Numbered from the whole stretch's first letter, positions 12,709 through 26,535 are shown. The stretch: DNA of 64,000 nucleotides, filler included, from Alcyonidium flabelliforme (GCA_026167845.1; 42 parts of 42 records of this genome joined end to end with filler, not necessarily neighbours in it), one strand, 5' to 3'. Numbers and translations: made by a program. Notes: a model not told the origin generated them from the letters alone.

Positions 12709-12808
12709 NNNNNNNNNNNNNNNNNNNNNNNNNNNNNNNNNNNNNNNNNNNNTTAATTAATTAANNNNNNNNNNNNNNNNNNNNNNNNNNNNNNNNNNNN
12801 NNNNNNNN

Positions 12809-14292
12809 GTGGTATAAGAGGTGATAATAGTAGCGTAGGAGTAGGTGCGGTTATAGCCGGACCTATAGGTATAGGTAGAGGTACTAGAGGTATAGTTACT
12901 ACTCTAGTTATTACTAACTATAGCGGCGATAGGAGTTAGTTATATATTCTATTTCCTATCCCGGCCGCTACTACTCGTTTATAGGCCTAAACCGACGCTA
13001 GTAAGTTTTCCCTACTCTAACTATACCCGTTTAGAGGCTAACTACTTCGTTCTAGGTAAAGGAGTGGACGCTACTAGGATACCTCTCTTTATACTTCTCT
13101 CGAAGAGTTCGTAGGACTAATTATAGTACTATATAGACCCTAAGCGCACTAGAGTTAATTAGCGCGCTACTAAGGACTATATAGTATCCTCGGTTATAAA
13201 CGTATATATAGCCCTAGGCTAAATAATTAGCTATAAAGCCCCTCTAGGTAAAGCTTACGCGTCTTATAAGAAAGGTAACGGTCCGTTTTCCTCCTACCGG
13301 ATCGTTTTCCTCGCTAGGTTAGGTTTCTAATAGTCGTTATCGTATACTTACTACTAATAGTCTAGTACGGCTAATAAATATACCCTTTATAAGTACCTTT
13401 TTAGATAGTTTTATCTTCGCTTCTTTTCTCATATCTTCTAGGCCCGATCGGCGATCTTACTAATAATCCCGATAATAACTATAAGACTCTATTCTAGGTA
13501 TATAACCTTATTCGCCGCTTCTAGCCTAATAGTATCTTACTTAAGGCCCCGAATATACTCGTTTATACCGATAGACCTCCTTATATAGGTAAGAAGAAGG
13601 CTAGTAAGGAGAAAGGACGAGCTATTAGTCCTAGTAAGGTTCCTATTAATCCTATTACTATACCTCCCGCTAAGGATAAGGGTAAGGGTAAAGCTATCCC
13701 GGCTTCCGCTAGTCTAGCTAAAGCTAGTAGTGCTATTACCACTCCCTCTAAGTCTATAAAGAAACGTACGGCTAGTAACGCCCCTAGCGGTAAGGATAAG
13801 GGTAGTTAGAAAAAAAAGCATATTAAGGATATACCTAATCCTTCTAATACTATATACGCTACGCCCCGCTCCGGTCCGGCTTTCGATAGTGTGATATACG
13901 CGACTCCCTTAGACTAGCCTAATATCTACCGGGCGGAGGATAAGCTATAGTTCTATAATATTTACGAACGTCTCTAGGAAGTACGTAAGCGCGTCTAGTA
14001 TAATTATACCGCTATATAAGATCTAGGGCTTAAGAAGGGTTAGCTAAAGGAGGGTGATATCACTAAGGCGGAAGGTGATAGGTCCGAGGACGGTAGTTCG
14101 GACTCCGGTGATATTTTAAACCGTTAAGGATAAGGTGAACGGATCTTTATAGTTAGTTTTCGGGCCTTTTACCCTCTTTTCTACTTATATTAGTTCTTGT
14201 TAAGGTCTTATACCTCTATTTATACGTTTAAGCGTGCGTTTCGAGGCCTTATACCTCCGTTTATATAGTAACGCGATTCGTTTTTCTTCGAG
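12809..14292. repeat. Heavily RIP-mutated fungal repeat; original identity not recognised
   Basis: Extreme TpA enrichment and CpA/TpG depletion with CpG retained; no ORF of 60 aa or more; relict DKGKGKA-like codons. Confidence 0.75.
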
Positions 14293-14555
14293 NNNNNNNN
14301 NNNNNNNNNNNNNNNNNNNNNNNNNNNNNNNNNNNNTTAATTAATTAANNNNNNNNNNNNNNNNNNNNNNNNNNNNNNNNNNNNNNNNNNNNGGGGCTAT
14401 TTAGGAGCACAACTCAGGACCGTGTATCAACTTAAAGGAACTCACCTGCGAGTTTCATTGTATATCATTGTTTTTGATCCAGAGCATTAAGAGTTTAAAT
14501 CTGGGACCAATATAATTCCATATTGGTCCCAGGTTTAAATTTATGGCTTGAAATA

Positions 14556-15149
14556 GGGTAAGTGCCCTATTCTCGTCAGGGTCCGAATTCTCGTCACCCC
14601 CACCTAGTTATATATGAAGGAAAGATTGATACATTACCAAAATTTCCACGATGATACAAAATAACAAAGCCGTTTTGACTTGCTATGAACCGGATGTTTT
14701 TGCACGTGACAATCCCGCGCAAACGTGTACTTTAAAAAAGTAGGTCAAATTCGCGGGAAAATGCCGTGGTTTTGATAGTATCTCATTACTTTTTGCCTGA
14801 ATTCAAAATTTTTGGCACATTAGGTGTTGGTTTTGGTGGAATTAGTTGTCAGACATGCTGAAGTTAATAAGGAATCGGAAATCATAACTTTGTAAGTCGT
14901 ATCTTAATTTTGATTTACGTTTTTAACGAGGGGTGACGAGAATACGGACGTTCAAGAAATTTTTAGTGGGTCGCCTTTCAGCTTCGCTGGGTTGAAAATC
15001 GCTGAACAATTTAACAAAAAAACTTTACATTCATAAACTAGAGTAAAATTGTAAGTGATACAGGTATAAATGGTTCACGATGGTGCTGCTGTTTTTGTAG
15101 AATGGCAGAAAATATACCCTAAAACCTGACGAGAATAGGGCACTTACCC
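14556..15149. mobile_element. Tc1/mariner/pogo-type MITE with perfect 25-bp TIRs and TA target duplication
   Basis: TA-GGGTAAGTGCCCTATTCTCGTCAGG ... CCTGACGAGAATAGGGCACTTACCC-TA; a second inner copy of the ATTCTCGTCA motif on each side. Confidence 0.9.
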
Positions 15150-15971
15150 TAGTACGTGTAATATCCAGTTAGAAGTCTCTGTTGTCAGAAAATCGCTTCT
15201 TTTTTAAAATAAATTCTGGCGGAGAATATAACTCGTACAGAGAGGAATAACAAGAAAAACATGAGTAAACCCTGTAGCGTATACACCAACTAACAGTACA
15301 ACACAGAAATGGTCATCAAACAATGGAACCTTTCTGTTTAAACTGACATAAACGGGAAAATGACGACATAATCCGCGGTGTTTACGTCAGTCGCCATTGT
15401 TACAGCTGGGGGAGCGCAACTTGTTTTGATTCCTGTGCATGCCTTATTAAAACCCTTTCATGTAATCGCATTTTCTTTTGCTCTCCAACCCACAACTCCC
15501 TTTGGAGGTATGGTTTATGTAATCGTATTAGGCTGGGAACAGATACCATCAGTACACAGTGTAAGCTATTCATCACTGTCCTAATCCCCTCATAAAATTT
15601 TAAGCGTGTTCTGCACTAGGCAGAGAGTGCAACTGCACTTGTCCGTGACCTTGGTTAAATAAACAATTTTATTACCCTGTCCCAGATAGAGTTATAAAAC
15701 TTGTTAACGCATGACTTCATCGCTTGGCAAAAGAAATTAACTTTACATTTTGACCGAATTAGGCAGCCGTTTACGACCGACTTACGCGTAGTTGACGTGC
15801 GTAATAGACCGGCGTATTACTTTAAGGTGGTGCTCCACACCAGTTTTGATGACTGCGTTTTACAAAAGCTCNNNNNNNNNNNNNNNNNNNNNNNNNNNNN
15901 NNNNNNNNNNNNNNNTTAATTAATTAANNNNNNNNNNNNNNNNNNNNNNNNNNNNNNNNNNNNNNNNNNNN

Positions 15972-17119
15972 AAAGGATAGAATCCAAACTAACTCGCGTC
16001 GTCTTTAACTCAGATCATGTAAGGTTTTACAAGCCGAACAGGCTCACTTTCTGGAAATGCTGCACCCCAGAGCTTCCTTAGTCCAACATCGAGGTCGCTA
16101 GCTTTGTCTTCGATTAGATCTCTCTGACAAAAGAGCGCTGTTATCCCTGAGGTAGCTTTTATTTTTTCTTTTTAAGGATTTTTATTTTTATACCTAAAAG
16201 TTTTTGTTAAGAATTTTTTTGTTCTCATATTGCCCCAATAAAATTTTTCCTTTATAAGACATTGTCAAATAAAGGTTCAAATTAAGCTCTACAGGGTCTT
16301 CTCGTCCTTTTATTATATTCAAGCTTTTTCACTTGAAGGTTAATTTACTTTTTTAAAATTGAGACAGCTAAACTATCGTTTGACCTTTCATTCTAGTCCC
16401 CAATTAAAGGACAAATTATTATGCTACCTTAGCACGAATCGCGGCCGTTTAACCCTAAAGTCACCGGGCAGGTTTCACTTTTAATAAGTTCTAAAAGCTA
16501 AGTTTTTGATAAACAGTCGTAGTTTGTTTTGCCGAGTTCCTTAATTTTATATTGTTTATTTGTTATGTTTAATCCTAGTATTTACTAGTATTCATGCTAC
16601 CATTTTCTATATACTTATATTTAAGTATAAGTTATCTTATTTTTCAAACCAAGTATTATACAATTATATCATTAATTTTTGTTGTTTGTAAAAATCTATT
16701 GTATTGTGGCAAAATTTAAAGCCTAAATTTAAAATATTGATTGTGTCTTTATTGGGGTTGGTTCTACCTAAAGCTGTAGCCCTTAAGTAGTATAAATCAA
16801 ATATTGATGTAGTACTAATATACTTTTAAGATAAAACCAGCTATACCTTTGTGTGGTTAGCATATCACTTCTAATTCCTACTCTAGCTCTATAAATTGTA
16901 ACTTATGAGCTTAAATTCTTCACAGGTAGGAGTTAGCTCACAAAGTTTCGGGTCTTTTAATTTAAACTTTTAATTGGGTAGCCCATGATACACAAGGTAC
17001 GATTATTTATATCTACTTTTATTAATTTTTATTTACCTTTTCAGTTTTTGTATTGATTTATCTTTATTCGCCATTACTAATATTTGTTATGTTTATAGAT
17101 ATAGATCTTTATTAAGTTA
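15972..17119 (-). rRNA. rrnL: Animal mitochondrial large-subunit (16S) rRNA, 3' end truncated
   Basis: Reverse complements of conserved 16S motifs: AACTCAGATCATGT, GTCCAACATCGAGGTCGC, GCTGTTATCCCTG, TCTTCTCGTC, TTATGCTACCTT, TTTTTGATAAACAG, GCCGAGTTCCT. Confidence 0.93.
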
Positions 17120-17184
17120 TACTTTATCTAAAAATTTAGACCTTTTGCTTGGAAGGCAAATATACAGTTTTATACTAATAAAGT
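17120..17184 (-). tRNA. trnG: Mitochondrial tRNA-Gly (anticodon TCC)
   Basis: Acceptor ACTTTAT/ATAAAGT; anticodon arm TTTGC-CTTCCAA-GCAAA; T arm around TCTAA/TTAGA. Confidence 0.85.
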
Positions 17185-17186
17185 TT

Positions 17187-17257
17187 TTGAGCTAGACAAC
17201 TTTAATTGTTGTTTTTTCTAATTAACAGTTAGACACTTATGCATAGTTTCAAGCTCT
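17187..17257 (-). tRNA. trnN: Mitochondrial tRNA-Asn (anticodon GTT)
   Basis: Anticodon arm TCTAA-CTGTTAA-TTAGA; T arm ACAAC/GTTGT; acceptor core GAGCT/AGCTC. Confidence 0.75.
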
Positions 17258-17541
17258 ATATATTTCTTTTGGTATCTAAGCGACCTGTGTCGTTTAAAAG
17301 ATTTTAACTCTTTATATTCATAGATAGTGTTCATTAACTGTTTTACGGTGTAGGTGTCCCCTTGAAAGGTTCCTTTGCATCTATGAAAAATAAAACTTGT
17401 TTTCCTCAAAAGGGGAGCGGGTGCGGTTACTATATCGGTCGNNNNNNNNNNNNNNNNNNNNNNNNNNNNNNNNNNNNNNNNNNNNTTAATTAATTAANNN
17501 NNNNNNNNNNNNNNNNNNNNNNNNNNNNNNNNNNNNNNNNN

Positions 17542-19008
17542 GTTCTAAGTTTTCGGAACTACAATCTATTTTATGCAGCCTTGGAAAAGAATCTTGTTTT
17601 TTTAATGTAATTTGTTAACAAGAAAGTTGGTTATCAAATATGGACTGTTATGACCTCTTCCAATTAGACGGATATAAACTGTATAAAAAGAACCTAGAAA
17701 ATAATTGTTCAAAGCACGGTGGCCTGATAACATACATAAAGGATTCTATAAAAGTTGAAAATTTTGAAATACTTGAAAATTACAAATCATTTGAAGGTTT
17801 GACTTTAAACATAGTTTTAAATAATAAAAAATTCTCAATTCTCAACTTATATAGACCACCTTCTAACCAAGAGCGTAATTTTGAACAATTTTTCAATGAA
17901 TTTATACCCGAAATAACCAAATTTACTAAATTAAAAAAGGAATTCATCATGCCTGGAGATTTTAACATCAACCTTCTAAAAATTAGTTCGGATAAAAATT
18001 TCGCTACATTCTTTGATCTCATGATCAATTTTCATTGCCGCCCCTTAATTACTTTCCCCACAAGATTTTCTCAGGAAAAAACAGCAACACCGATTGATCA
18101 GATTTATTGTAACTCATCTCCAACTTTCGATTCGGCTGAAACTGGTATACTATTTTCAAATCTTTCAGATCATCTCCCGATTTTTATATCAATAAAAACA
18201 GATAAAACTATAAAACATAAATGTCCAAAAACAGTCGTTTGATTTTACACCTACTTCGAAAACTCAATTCAAAAATGACCTTGAAGGAATAGATTTTAGC
18301 ACGTTAATAAATTATGACATAAATAGTGATCCCAATATTAACTATGGAATTTTAAATAAAATAATTCTAACACTTTTATCTAAACACTGCCCGGAAAAAT
18401 TAATAAAATTTAATAAACACCGCCATAAGTTAAACAATTGGATGACAATTGGTATTTTAAATTCTATTCGATCACGAGATAAATTATATAAAAAACGACA
18501 TCAAACTTCTTCAGCTAAACCTGTATACTTTATACTTAAAGAGAGACTAAAAAATTTCAACTCTGTTTTAAGGTTGGTCATCAATAATGCTAAACAAATA
18601 TTCTATCAAAATGAATTTAATAAACACAAAAATGGTATAAAAAAGACATGGGAAATCATAAAAAGTATAATAAAGAACTCAGATAATAAAAATGTTACGC
18701 CAAAATTTATATTAGATAACAATAATTTACATATAACCAATAAAAAGGAAATAGCTGATAAATTTAACGATTTCTTTGTAAATATTGGCACAGTTTACTC
18801 TTCTAAAATTATTTCAAATGGTAAAAAACCATTTGATTCATATTTACCTCAAACACCAAAACTATTATTTAATTTCAATTTTGTTAACGAAACCACTGTA
18901 TCACACATCATTGCTAATCTTCAACCAAAACCTACTCGTGGATACGATGGTATAAGTTCTAAATTAATCAAACAGTTTTCCCATGCTCTTATCAAACCAA
19001 TAACAATG
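17542..19008 (+). pseudogene. CR1/L2-type non-LTR retrotransposon ORF2 fragment (APE endonuclease plus linker), frameshifted near 18240
   Basis: ICLQESW, GGLITYIK, YRPP, GDFNINLL, FPTR, IDQIY and SDHLPIF endonuclease motifs; then WMTIGILNSIRSRDKLYK, FNDFFVNIG, GYDGIS. Confidence 0.9.
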
Positions 19009-22000
19009 NNNNNNNNNNNNNNNNNNNNNNNNNNNNNNNNNNNNNNNNNNNNTTAATTAATTAANNNNNNNNNNNNNNNNNNNNNNNNNNNNNNNNNNNN
19101 NNNNNNNNGAAATAGCAGAAGCATTTCTGTCACATCTATCGACGTTTATTTGCACATCGCATGCTGTAGATTACAGGAACCAATTAAAGATATCTTGTAT
19201 AACCCGTTGTCTGGAACCTTCTGACACGAGTGAGAAAAGGGAAACACAGTCTTTATATCATTGCAGAGCTTGGCCACTTAGCGCTGTTGGAACAACTACT
19301 TATCAGCCGACACAATATATGGACTCTTTAGACCGCCAGAGAAAATTATTAGCGATTAAGACCCATGAATAGAGCATATTTCACTTATTTTGATGCTTTA
19401 GTGATGTAGCTATCCATTTTGCTCCGTTCCATAGTGTGCCGACGAATAGCAAGATACTATCATGACGGTGAACGGATATTGTAACCCCGGTCTCCGCATT
19501 TTCTGATCCCAGCACCCTTTGGAAAGGAGACACGTATCATTTTTGCCGATGATAAAACATCATCAAATTATGAGCCTTGAGCAAAGGTTCGAGTTACGGT
19601 TTCGGCCGAACGAGTAATCACGATAAGCTAATGAGTCCGTCCAGGGCAGACAACCATGGGCTGCTGAAACTGACACGGAGAATCCGCGGTGCATGAAAAC
19701 TGCCCCTGGGATGCACTCATTCAAGACACCGTGTACTCTATGGCTAATTCCAGCCATTTTAAAGGTGAATGCTGTTTTATCAAAACATTGTGTGACTTCC
19801 AGGCATATTGTAGCGAGCACACACTTTACTTTTTCTACGGGTCCGAAGACTGAGTCCTGAGAGAATGGCAGTGCTCTCCAGAAATTGAGTTAGGCATTTA
19901 TAAATGTATGCACCACCTCTGCATATCCTCGATGTCTATGTGAAAGCAGGATACTGCAACTGTGATTGGCCCTTGTAAATGTGGTCTTACATGATGCACG
20001 CTAAATCAGAAACTATACTGCAAGCTTTAAATGTGGTATCTATTCTCGGATCTGCGCAGAAAAAGAGCAAAAGTGTTGCCCCGAAGCCGCAACTGAGAAT
20101 CCTCAGTTAACCTTCTGTGCCATAAGATTGAGGGCAGCTGCTTTTTTATAGGCAGGAAACTCAGTATAAGAAAATCCTAGAGCCAAATGAAGACATCCTG
20201 GGAATTTATCCACTATTACCTGGCCAATATGTCTCTGTCACAGTATATAAATCTCAAGGCCTCGTTCAAACAAGAACATTAACTGGCAGTCAAGTATGGT
20301 TGTGGTTTCACAAAACATCATCAGATCCGTCTTGGTGACTATTCTTCTACTTCTCAACTTTGGGAGACTATTTCTTTTGTATTGCATCCAACCACACTGG
20401 CGGTGGTATAAAGTCGATTTAGCGCTGTGTGCCTTGTCTTGTAGTTCCTTTGCTATCCTTACTGGGTTGTTCTGGAGCAACAGGTTTCCAGCATGGAGTC
20501 AAGCACTCTTTTGGATTACCCCAATATTCCCACCACTACAAGCGGTAAGCTCACAGCACACCGAACNNNNNNNNNNNNNNNNNNNNNNNNNNNNNNNNNN
20601 NNNNNNNNNNTTAATTAATTAANNNNNNNNNNNNNNNNNNNNNNNNNNNNNNNNNNNNNNNNNNNNATCGCACGCCTAACAGCACTTCATGGGGTAGAAA
20701 TGGATTAATTGCATATGCGGCATGTACAGGAATAGCACTTTATAGCCATAAGGTAATTTTAAAATCGTCAGTAAGTTGTGGCGGTCTTTTACCTTCTTCC
20801 AAATAATGTACCAACAATCATGGCAACATCCATGCCAGAATGTTTACTGTAACTGGTATGGATTCTACTTGACTGACTTCTGATTACCAGCCAATTACAG
20901 CTCTATTCATAATAGTCCCATTAACAGTGATTACACTTCCAGATAAAATCACACTCAATTAGCCTTCACAAGTTAATCCCAGGGAACTATTTTATTTAAC
21001 CTAGCACTTAGCAGGCTAGATGAAAAACCACTGGTTTTCTTTGGTCACACACACAGGACAGAACATATGTCAATTTCAAAGGGTTGAAAACATCAAGTTT
21101 GAAAGCAGTTAACCTTGTTTTCTCAAAGTGTTATCTTTAAGAATTTGTTACAGAACTGAATATTTTATATTATTTCCCCTTCCTTAACAAACATCTCATG
21201 ACAGAAACAGAAGAAAACAAATAACCAGCAACATATTCATGTTTATGCTTTATTAATATAAATAAGGGAATACATAAGTTTGATAAAACATCAAGATAAT
21301 AATAAAAATAGCTTTCAAGATAATAATAAAAATAGCTTTAAAACAATAATATAATGATGTATGCCTTAAAAGTCAACCAGGTGCATAAATGCATCTAACA
21401 TACTATTGTACACAGCTAATAGAACAGATAAACATGGTTGTGTATCTGTGAGAGATATGAATTGCCAACTTTCTGGAATATTTGCCATTCTACAAACTTT
21501 TTGACATAATAATGGTCATATTTTTAAAATCAAGATCTTAACGCACATTTAGTGAATTTATTTTGGCAGATTATATCGAAAATATTGCTTAAAAGTCATT
21601 TCTGATCCCACCAAAACATAACTTTTAAATCCAATATGGCGGCCCCCAGCTGAGGCATGCGAAGTTCACGCTAAGTTGTCATTTGGAACAATAACGATTA
21701 ACGAAACGCTGGACCAAAATCATTAACTTAGTTAACATGTTATCTATGCAACAAATTCATGTACTTCTAATTTGTTCCTCTTTCGGGGGAACACGCAGAC
21801 GAATTTCTGCATCCCCGACAACCCTGTTGAATTCCGACGACCAGCCGGGAAATCGCACTTCCCACTCGTCCTGGTTTAAAACATTTCCAATCACCGCATT
21901 TTCCCATCTTCCCATCTTTGAAGCCAACTTTATGATTTGCCATAGCAGGACCGCATTTGTGGAACTGTGTCTGTCAACTAATCATGACGCAGGAAATTAC

Positions 22001-23777
22001 CGAAGCACATAGTTGTGGCACTACGCACATTTAAAAAAAGGCCCACGAAAATCGCAAGTTTTTGGCAAAAATAACAAGTATATTTTCTAAAATGGGAGAT
22101 AATTACAAAAAGTTATTATTTTNNNNNNNNNNNNNNNNNNNNNNNNNNNNNNNNNNNNNNNNNNNNTTAATTAATTAANNNNNNNNNNNNNNNNNNNNNN
22201 NNNNNNNNNNNNNNNNNNNNNNTATTATTCACAGGTACCCGGGGGAGCCACCATCTGGACCCTACAGGATCCCAGGACGCTATTAATTTTCAGTATGAAT
22301 GAAATTACATAATGTTTTATGATAAAATTATACAATACTAATAAAGTATGACAAGTATTATGAAAAAATTATGCAATAATAATAATAAAGTAAAATCCTA
22401 GTTTCAAATAATTCAAATAATAGTGTGGCGATTGGAGGAGAGCGATGCACTCTCATGGAGCAGTCTTGTATAGTATTGCACAGCGAAATGATTCACAAAT
22501 CCATTCTGACGACAAGTGCATATTATCTTTATAAATACATGTATATAATTTGATTTTAAAAATCCAAAATGGCCGCAAAATCCGCCATTTTGAATCTGAT
22601 TTTGATGAAAAACAAAAGGCTTGGAGCCATACTGAAACACATCCACTGTTTGAATTAAAAGAGAATCGGGCGAAAAATGTGGCCTGTAGAGCATTAGTTT
22701 TTGTTTTGCCAAGTAATAATATTCCCATTAAAAAGCCAAAAGGCATGCCCATCAAATTTGGTGTAAAAAACGCTAATAACTCGAAAACGAAAAGTCGTTG
22801 AGCTAAATGGGTCAGACAAGTCCGATAGAGCATTAAAAGGTCTACTTGCATACCAAATTTCCGAATTGTCAGTCAAAAAAGACCGATATATGGCCAAAAA
22901 ACTATCAAAAACACAATAAAATGGCCGCCAGAGCCGCCATTTTGAATCTGATTTTAACGAAAACCAATAGGCTTGTGGCCATTACCAAAACAAATATACT
23001 TTGTGAATTTGAAGTGAATCAAGCGAAGAATATTTCGTCTGATATGTCACTTGTTTTCGGAATATTTAAAAGGTCAAACTATGTGGGCATATTTTATAGT
23101 TTTAAGGCAGCCATTTTTTACGCCATTTTAGTTTCAACTCGTAACAATATGTTAATAGTTGGTGCAATGAACACAACACACACGCACTATTCTACTTTAA
23201 ATTGCAATTTGTAGAGAAGTGGATCTTTTAGGACGAAGTTAAAACATGTTTTCTTTGTGAAATAATAGTCACGTTAAAAGTGCCATTTTGTCCGCCATTT
23301 TGAATGTTGCATTGCCCAAATTTCTATGATTTGAAACAAAAACATTTCTTAGCATGAAAAATAAGAAATAAGCAAATGAGCGATTATTTTTAAGGTGTTT
23401 TAAATCATAACCCAAGAGACGAGTCAAATTTAATGAAATTTCATGGCCGTTATTTCAAGCGTCTTGAAAATGATCAACCTTCTGTGGAATTCCACGCGAC
23501 TTGTTTCCGACATCAACACACCTTTTGATTATATTAGAAAATATCCTTTACATCATCCTAAGACTCTTTACGCCGTATAGTAATTCATTTTTATTTTTAT
23601 ACTAAAAAGACGACATAAAATCTAACAATTTTCCCGCCATTTTTTGCACATATGTAAATGAAGTAAGCACGTGGGGCNNNNNNNNNNNNNNNNNNNNNNN
23701 NNNNNNNNNNNNNNNNNNNNNTTAATTAATTAANNNNNNNNNNNNNNNNNNNNNNNNNNNNNNNNNNNNNNNNNNNN

Positions 23778-25222
23778 GAACTACGTATTCAAGAGCAAGC
23801 GGTCACCATCGACTATGATGAAGATGATGATACCGCAACAGATAAAGTCGTATCTGGCGAGTCTTTTCTTTACCTAACTGTGACGCCTGTTGCTGATGAT
23901 GTACTGCTTAGCGTGCAACCTGCTAAAGGAGAGGAAGATGCAGGTAGATCTAATGGCAATCCAACCGATGAAGACAGCTATACACCAGATGACACTATTG
24001 ACAACCCTGAGGGAGGCATTGCGCTTAAGATAAAGGCACAGTCCAAAGATAAAGACGGTTCTGAAACCTTTAATGTCACTATTGATGCGATACCGGATGG
24101 TGCCTACCTTTATGTGTGGGATGCTGATAATGGCGCAAATGGTGGCTATGTCTTGATTGACCAAAACTATGGTGCAGTCAATGATGTTACCACAGTAGAT
24201 AATGCTGATGATACATGGTCGGTCACGTTGACTGATTATCAAAGTGATAAAGTACCATCGTTTATACCGCCACTGAATAGTAATGATAACTATACGCTAC
24301 AAGTCACTGGTGTATCAGTAGATGGCACGGACACCAGTGAGCCTAGTGCGTCATTGGCATTGCCTATCAAGATTGACACGATTGCGGATAAAATCCTCAA
24401 TGACGAATTGAATAAAGTTACCTTTGATTATGGTGGGCAAACCTCTGATAACTACGCGGTTATCCTTGAAGAAAGCGCATTGGATGCCGCTAACAGTGAG
24501 ATAGCCTTTAGGTCTATTTTTAAGACGCCAGAAGATATCCGATCTTACGATGATGATGGATCTGAAATCGTGACCTACGTCATTACTGGTCTCGATGACA
24601 GGTTTGCGATGCAGGGAGCAGATGTAACCTTTATCGGTGGTGAAGGCACTGCTAGGCAGTGGGTTGTGACTGATGAAGCGATTAATAATGGCGAGATAAT
24701 ACTCAAAACCGCAGACAACTTCGCAGGCGAGATTAACTTTAATATCAAAGGCGTCAGTACGGAGAAAACAGGCGGTAGTGAGGCAAGTCAAAACCTCCAG
24801 CCTGTGCAAATTTTTGTTAAGCCGGATGCGCTTGATAATGATGTGGTTAATCCTACTGCTGAGCAGAATGAAAACGATTCTGTCACGTTAGACTTTGAGC
24901 GCGCCTTTAGACGTACGGATAATCCAGATGATTGGACATCAGGTGTTGAAGAGCTAAAGAGTGTGGCTATTAGCGTCACTGACCTTGAGGCACTAGGTGT
25001 TCAGCTCACTGTCGGTGTCGGTGTCAATAGCGTTGTTATCACAAGTGCTAACCTCGAAGTTGCTGATGCTGGGTTTTATACCATCGAGCGCGATTCAGAG
25101 GGTGCGTTACCTAAGGCTAGTATCATTGCTATTCCAGCTGAGCCTGCCAGTTCTGAGTCTGGTTTTGTCAATTATCAATCAGGCAATGATGTCTATGACT
25201 TTGGCATTAAATATACAGTGAC
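23778..25222 (+). CDS. Internal fragment of a giant bacterial repeat adhesin (T1SS/RTX-type Ig-like repeats)
   Basis: Open frame across the whole contig; acidic, Cys-free; repeated D.DGSE...I..IP/GL motifs; VTPVAD and PPLNSNDNYTL. Confidence 0.8.
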
Positions 25223-25465
25223 NNNNNNNNNNNNNNNNNNNNNNNNNNNNNNNNNNNNNNNNNNNNTTAATTAATTAANNNNNNNNNNNNNNNNNNNNNN
25301 NNNNNNNNNNNNNNNNNNNNNNCAACAAGGAGACAGTATCTTTAACAATTCTGTGAAATATTTCTTTAAATTTGATTAACAATGTTCACAATTAATGTCA
25401 ATAAGTTTATTCATACACTCAAACGAAGCCAGATAGACTGAGATTCAATTCATAATTACGGTTAC

Positions 25466-25711
25466 GCTCGTAGCTCAGTGGCAAGTGTCCCGGCCTTTTA
25501 ACAAAAAGGTCGTGGGTTCGCGCCCTGGGTTGCATTGCACTGAGTGTTTCCTACTGGGCTAATAGGATAGGATGGCATTGTGAGTGTTTAGCAAAAGGTT
25601 GTGCGATTCTTTCGAGAATACCGCTCGCCTGCTGTATGCTCCCCGGGGAGTTGAAGTGGTACTTGAATGAACAGATCCGTAGCCTGGGTAATGATATTGG
25701 GTATTGTAAAG
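25466..25711 (+). mobile_element. tRNA-derived SINE, possibly with a Deu/Nin-type central domain
   Basis: A box TAGCTCAGTGG, B-box-like GGTTCGCGCCC; central CTGTATGCTCCCCGGGGAGTTGA; the domain assignment is from recall only. Confidence 0.7.
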
Positions 25712-26535
25712 TTTAGGTAGCAGTTCTTCAGTCAGACATGTTTGATTAAAAATGCAGTTTGTTTCTGCACAACTGATCCGTTGCAATGTTCGTTCATATT
25801 GGCGAAATAAACTTCTTTCGACCTCTTGTAACTCACCGAGTAACTGACCGAGCGTTGTCATAATAAAAACATGAAGTAAAAACATCCTTTAAATATCTGT
25901 ATTGCATATATTCGAAAGCATCATCTTCCATCTTCAAGCACTCCAGTTTAAAATATCTGGTTCAAATTAACCAATAAATACGTTACACAAAATCACGTGA
26001 CACACTGTTTACATTTCTATACGACGCCACCTAGGGGCAATGGAGAAAACCAACAACCAAATCTATAATGTACAACAAATAAAGATTCAGACTAACAGAA
26101 GAGTTTCAAAATTCTAGACACACCAGCTTCTAATTGTGAATTTAAATTCGGTGATTCGAACTTAATTACCAAAGCTTCGAGAATTTTCAACCTGTATGGA
26201 TCATGTTCAATGTACCGAATACGGGTGTTTTCTACTATCTGAGTTCTGGAAATTCTCGTATCATGTTTCTCAAGAAAATGATCGTGAATTGAACCTTGTT
26301 GTTGGTGACCTGATAAACGGTGTGATAGTGTACAACGAGTGTGACCAATATAGCAATTGCGCTCATTATGACGGCAGTCATTATTCGGGCAGGAAAACAT
26401 GTAGACTACATGTGATTTCATGAGTGAGCGTTTGTTTTTGGCACTCTGGTAGTTAACCATCACGAAGCTAGACGTACGTTTACATTTATAATATACAATG
26501 ATTTTCAAATTACAGTTGTTAGTATTGATATTACT
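25712..26535 (-). mobile_element. Penelope-like element 3' end: GIY-YIG endonuclease (26092-26508), pseudo-LTR and restart of the ORF N-terminus (25885-25712)
   Basis: VVYMFSCPNNDC..CYIGHTRCTLSHRLSGH...HFLEKH...LEALVI...LN; downstream MTTLGQLLGEL...FNQTCLTEELLPK. Confidence 0.9.
25903..25940 (-). ncRNA. Minimal type I hammerhead ribozyme-like motif, variant core
   Basis: TGC-TTGAAGA-T-GGAAG-ATGATG-CTTTC-GAA-TATA-T-GCA, located between the GIY-YIG stop and the ORF restart. Confidence 0.75.

Noticed and set aside
17319..17385. Possible third mitochondrial tRNA (CATAGAT/ATCTATG acceptor-like stem)
   Set aside because: No convincing anticodon arm could be folded by eye on either strand.
19109..20566. 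Coding-like composition suggesting a decayed gene
   Set aside because: The frames I translated were interrupted by stops and showed no motif I could recognise.
23778..25222. Horizontal transfer of a bacterial adhesin into the animal genome
   Set aside because: The whole contig is bacterial-like with no junction to host DNA.
25559..25711. C-terminal half of the 108-aa ORF 25559-25885
   Set aside because: Read-through into the antisense strand of a SINE; homology to sister ORFs ends at LLPK.
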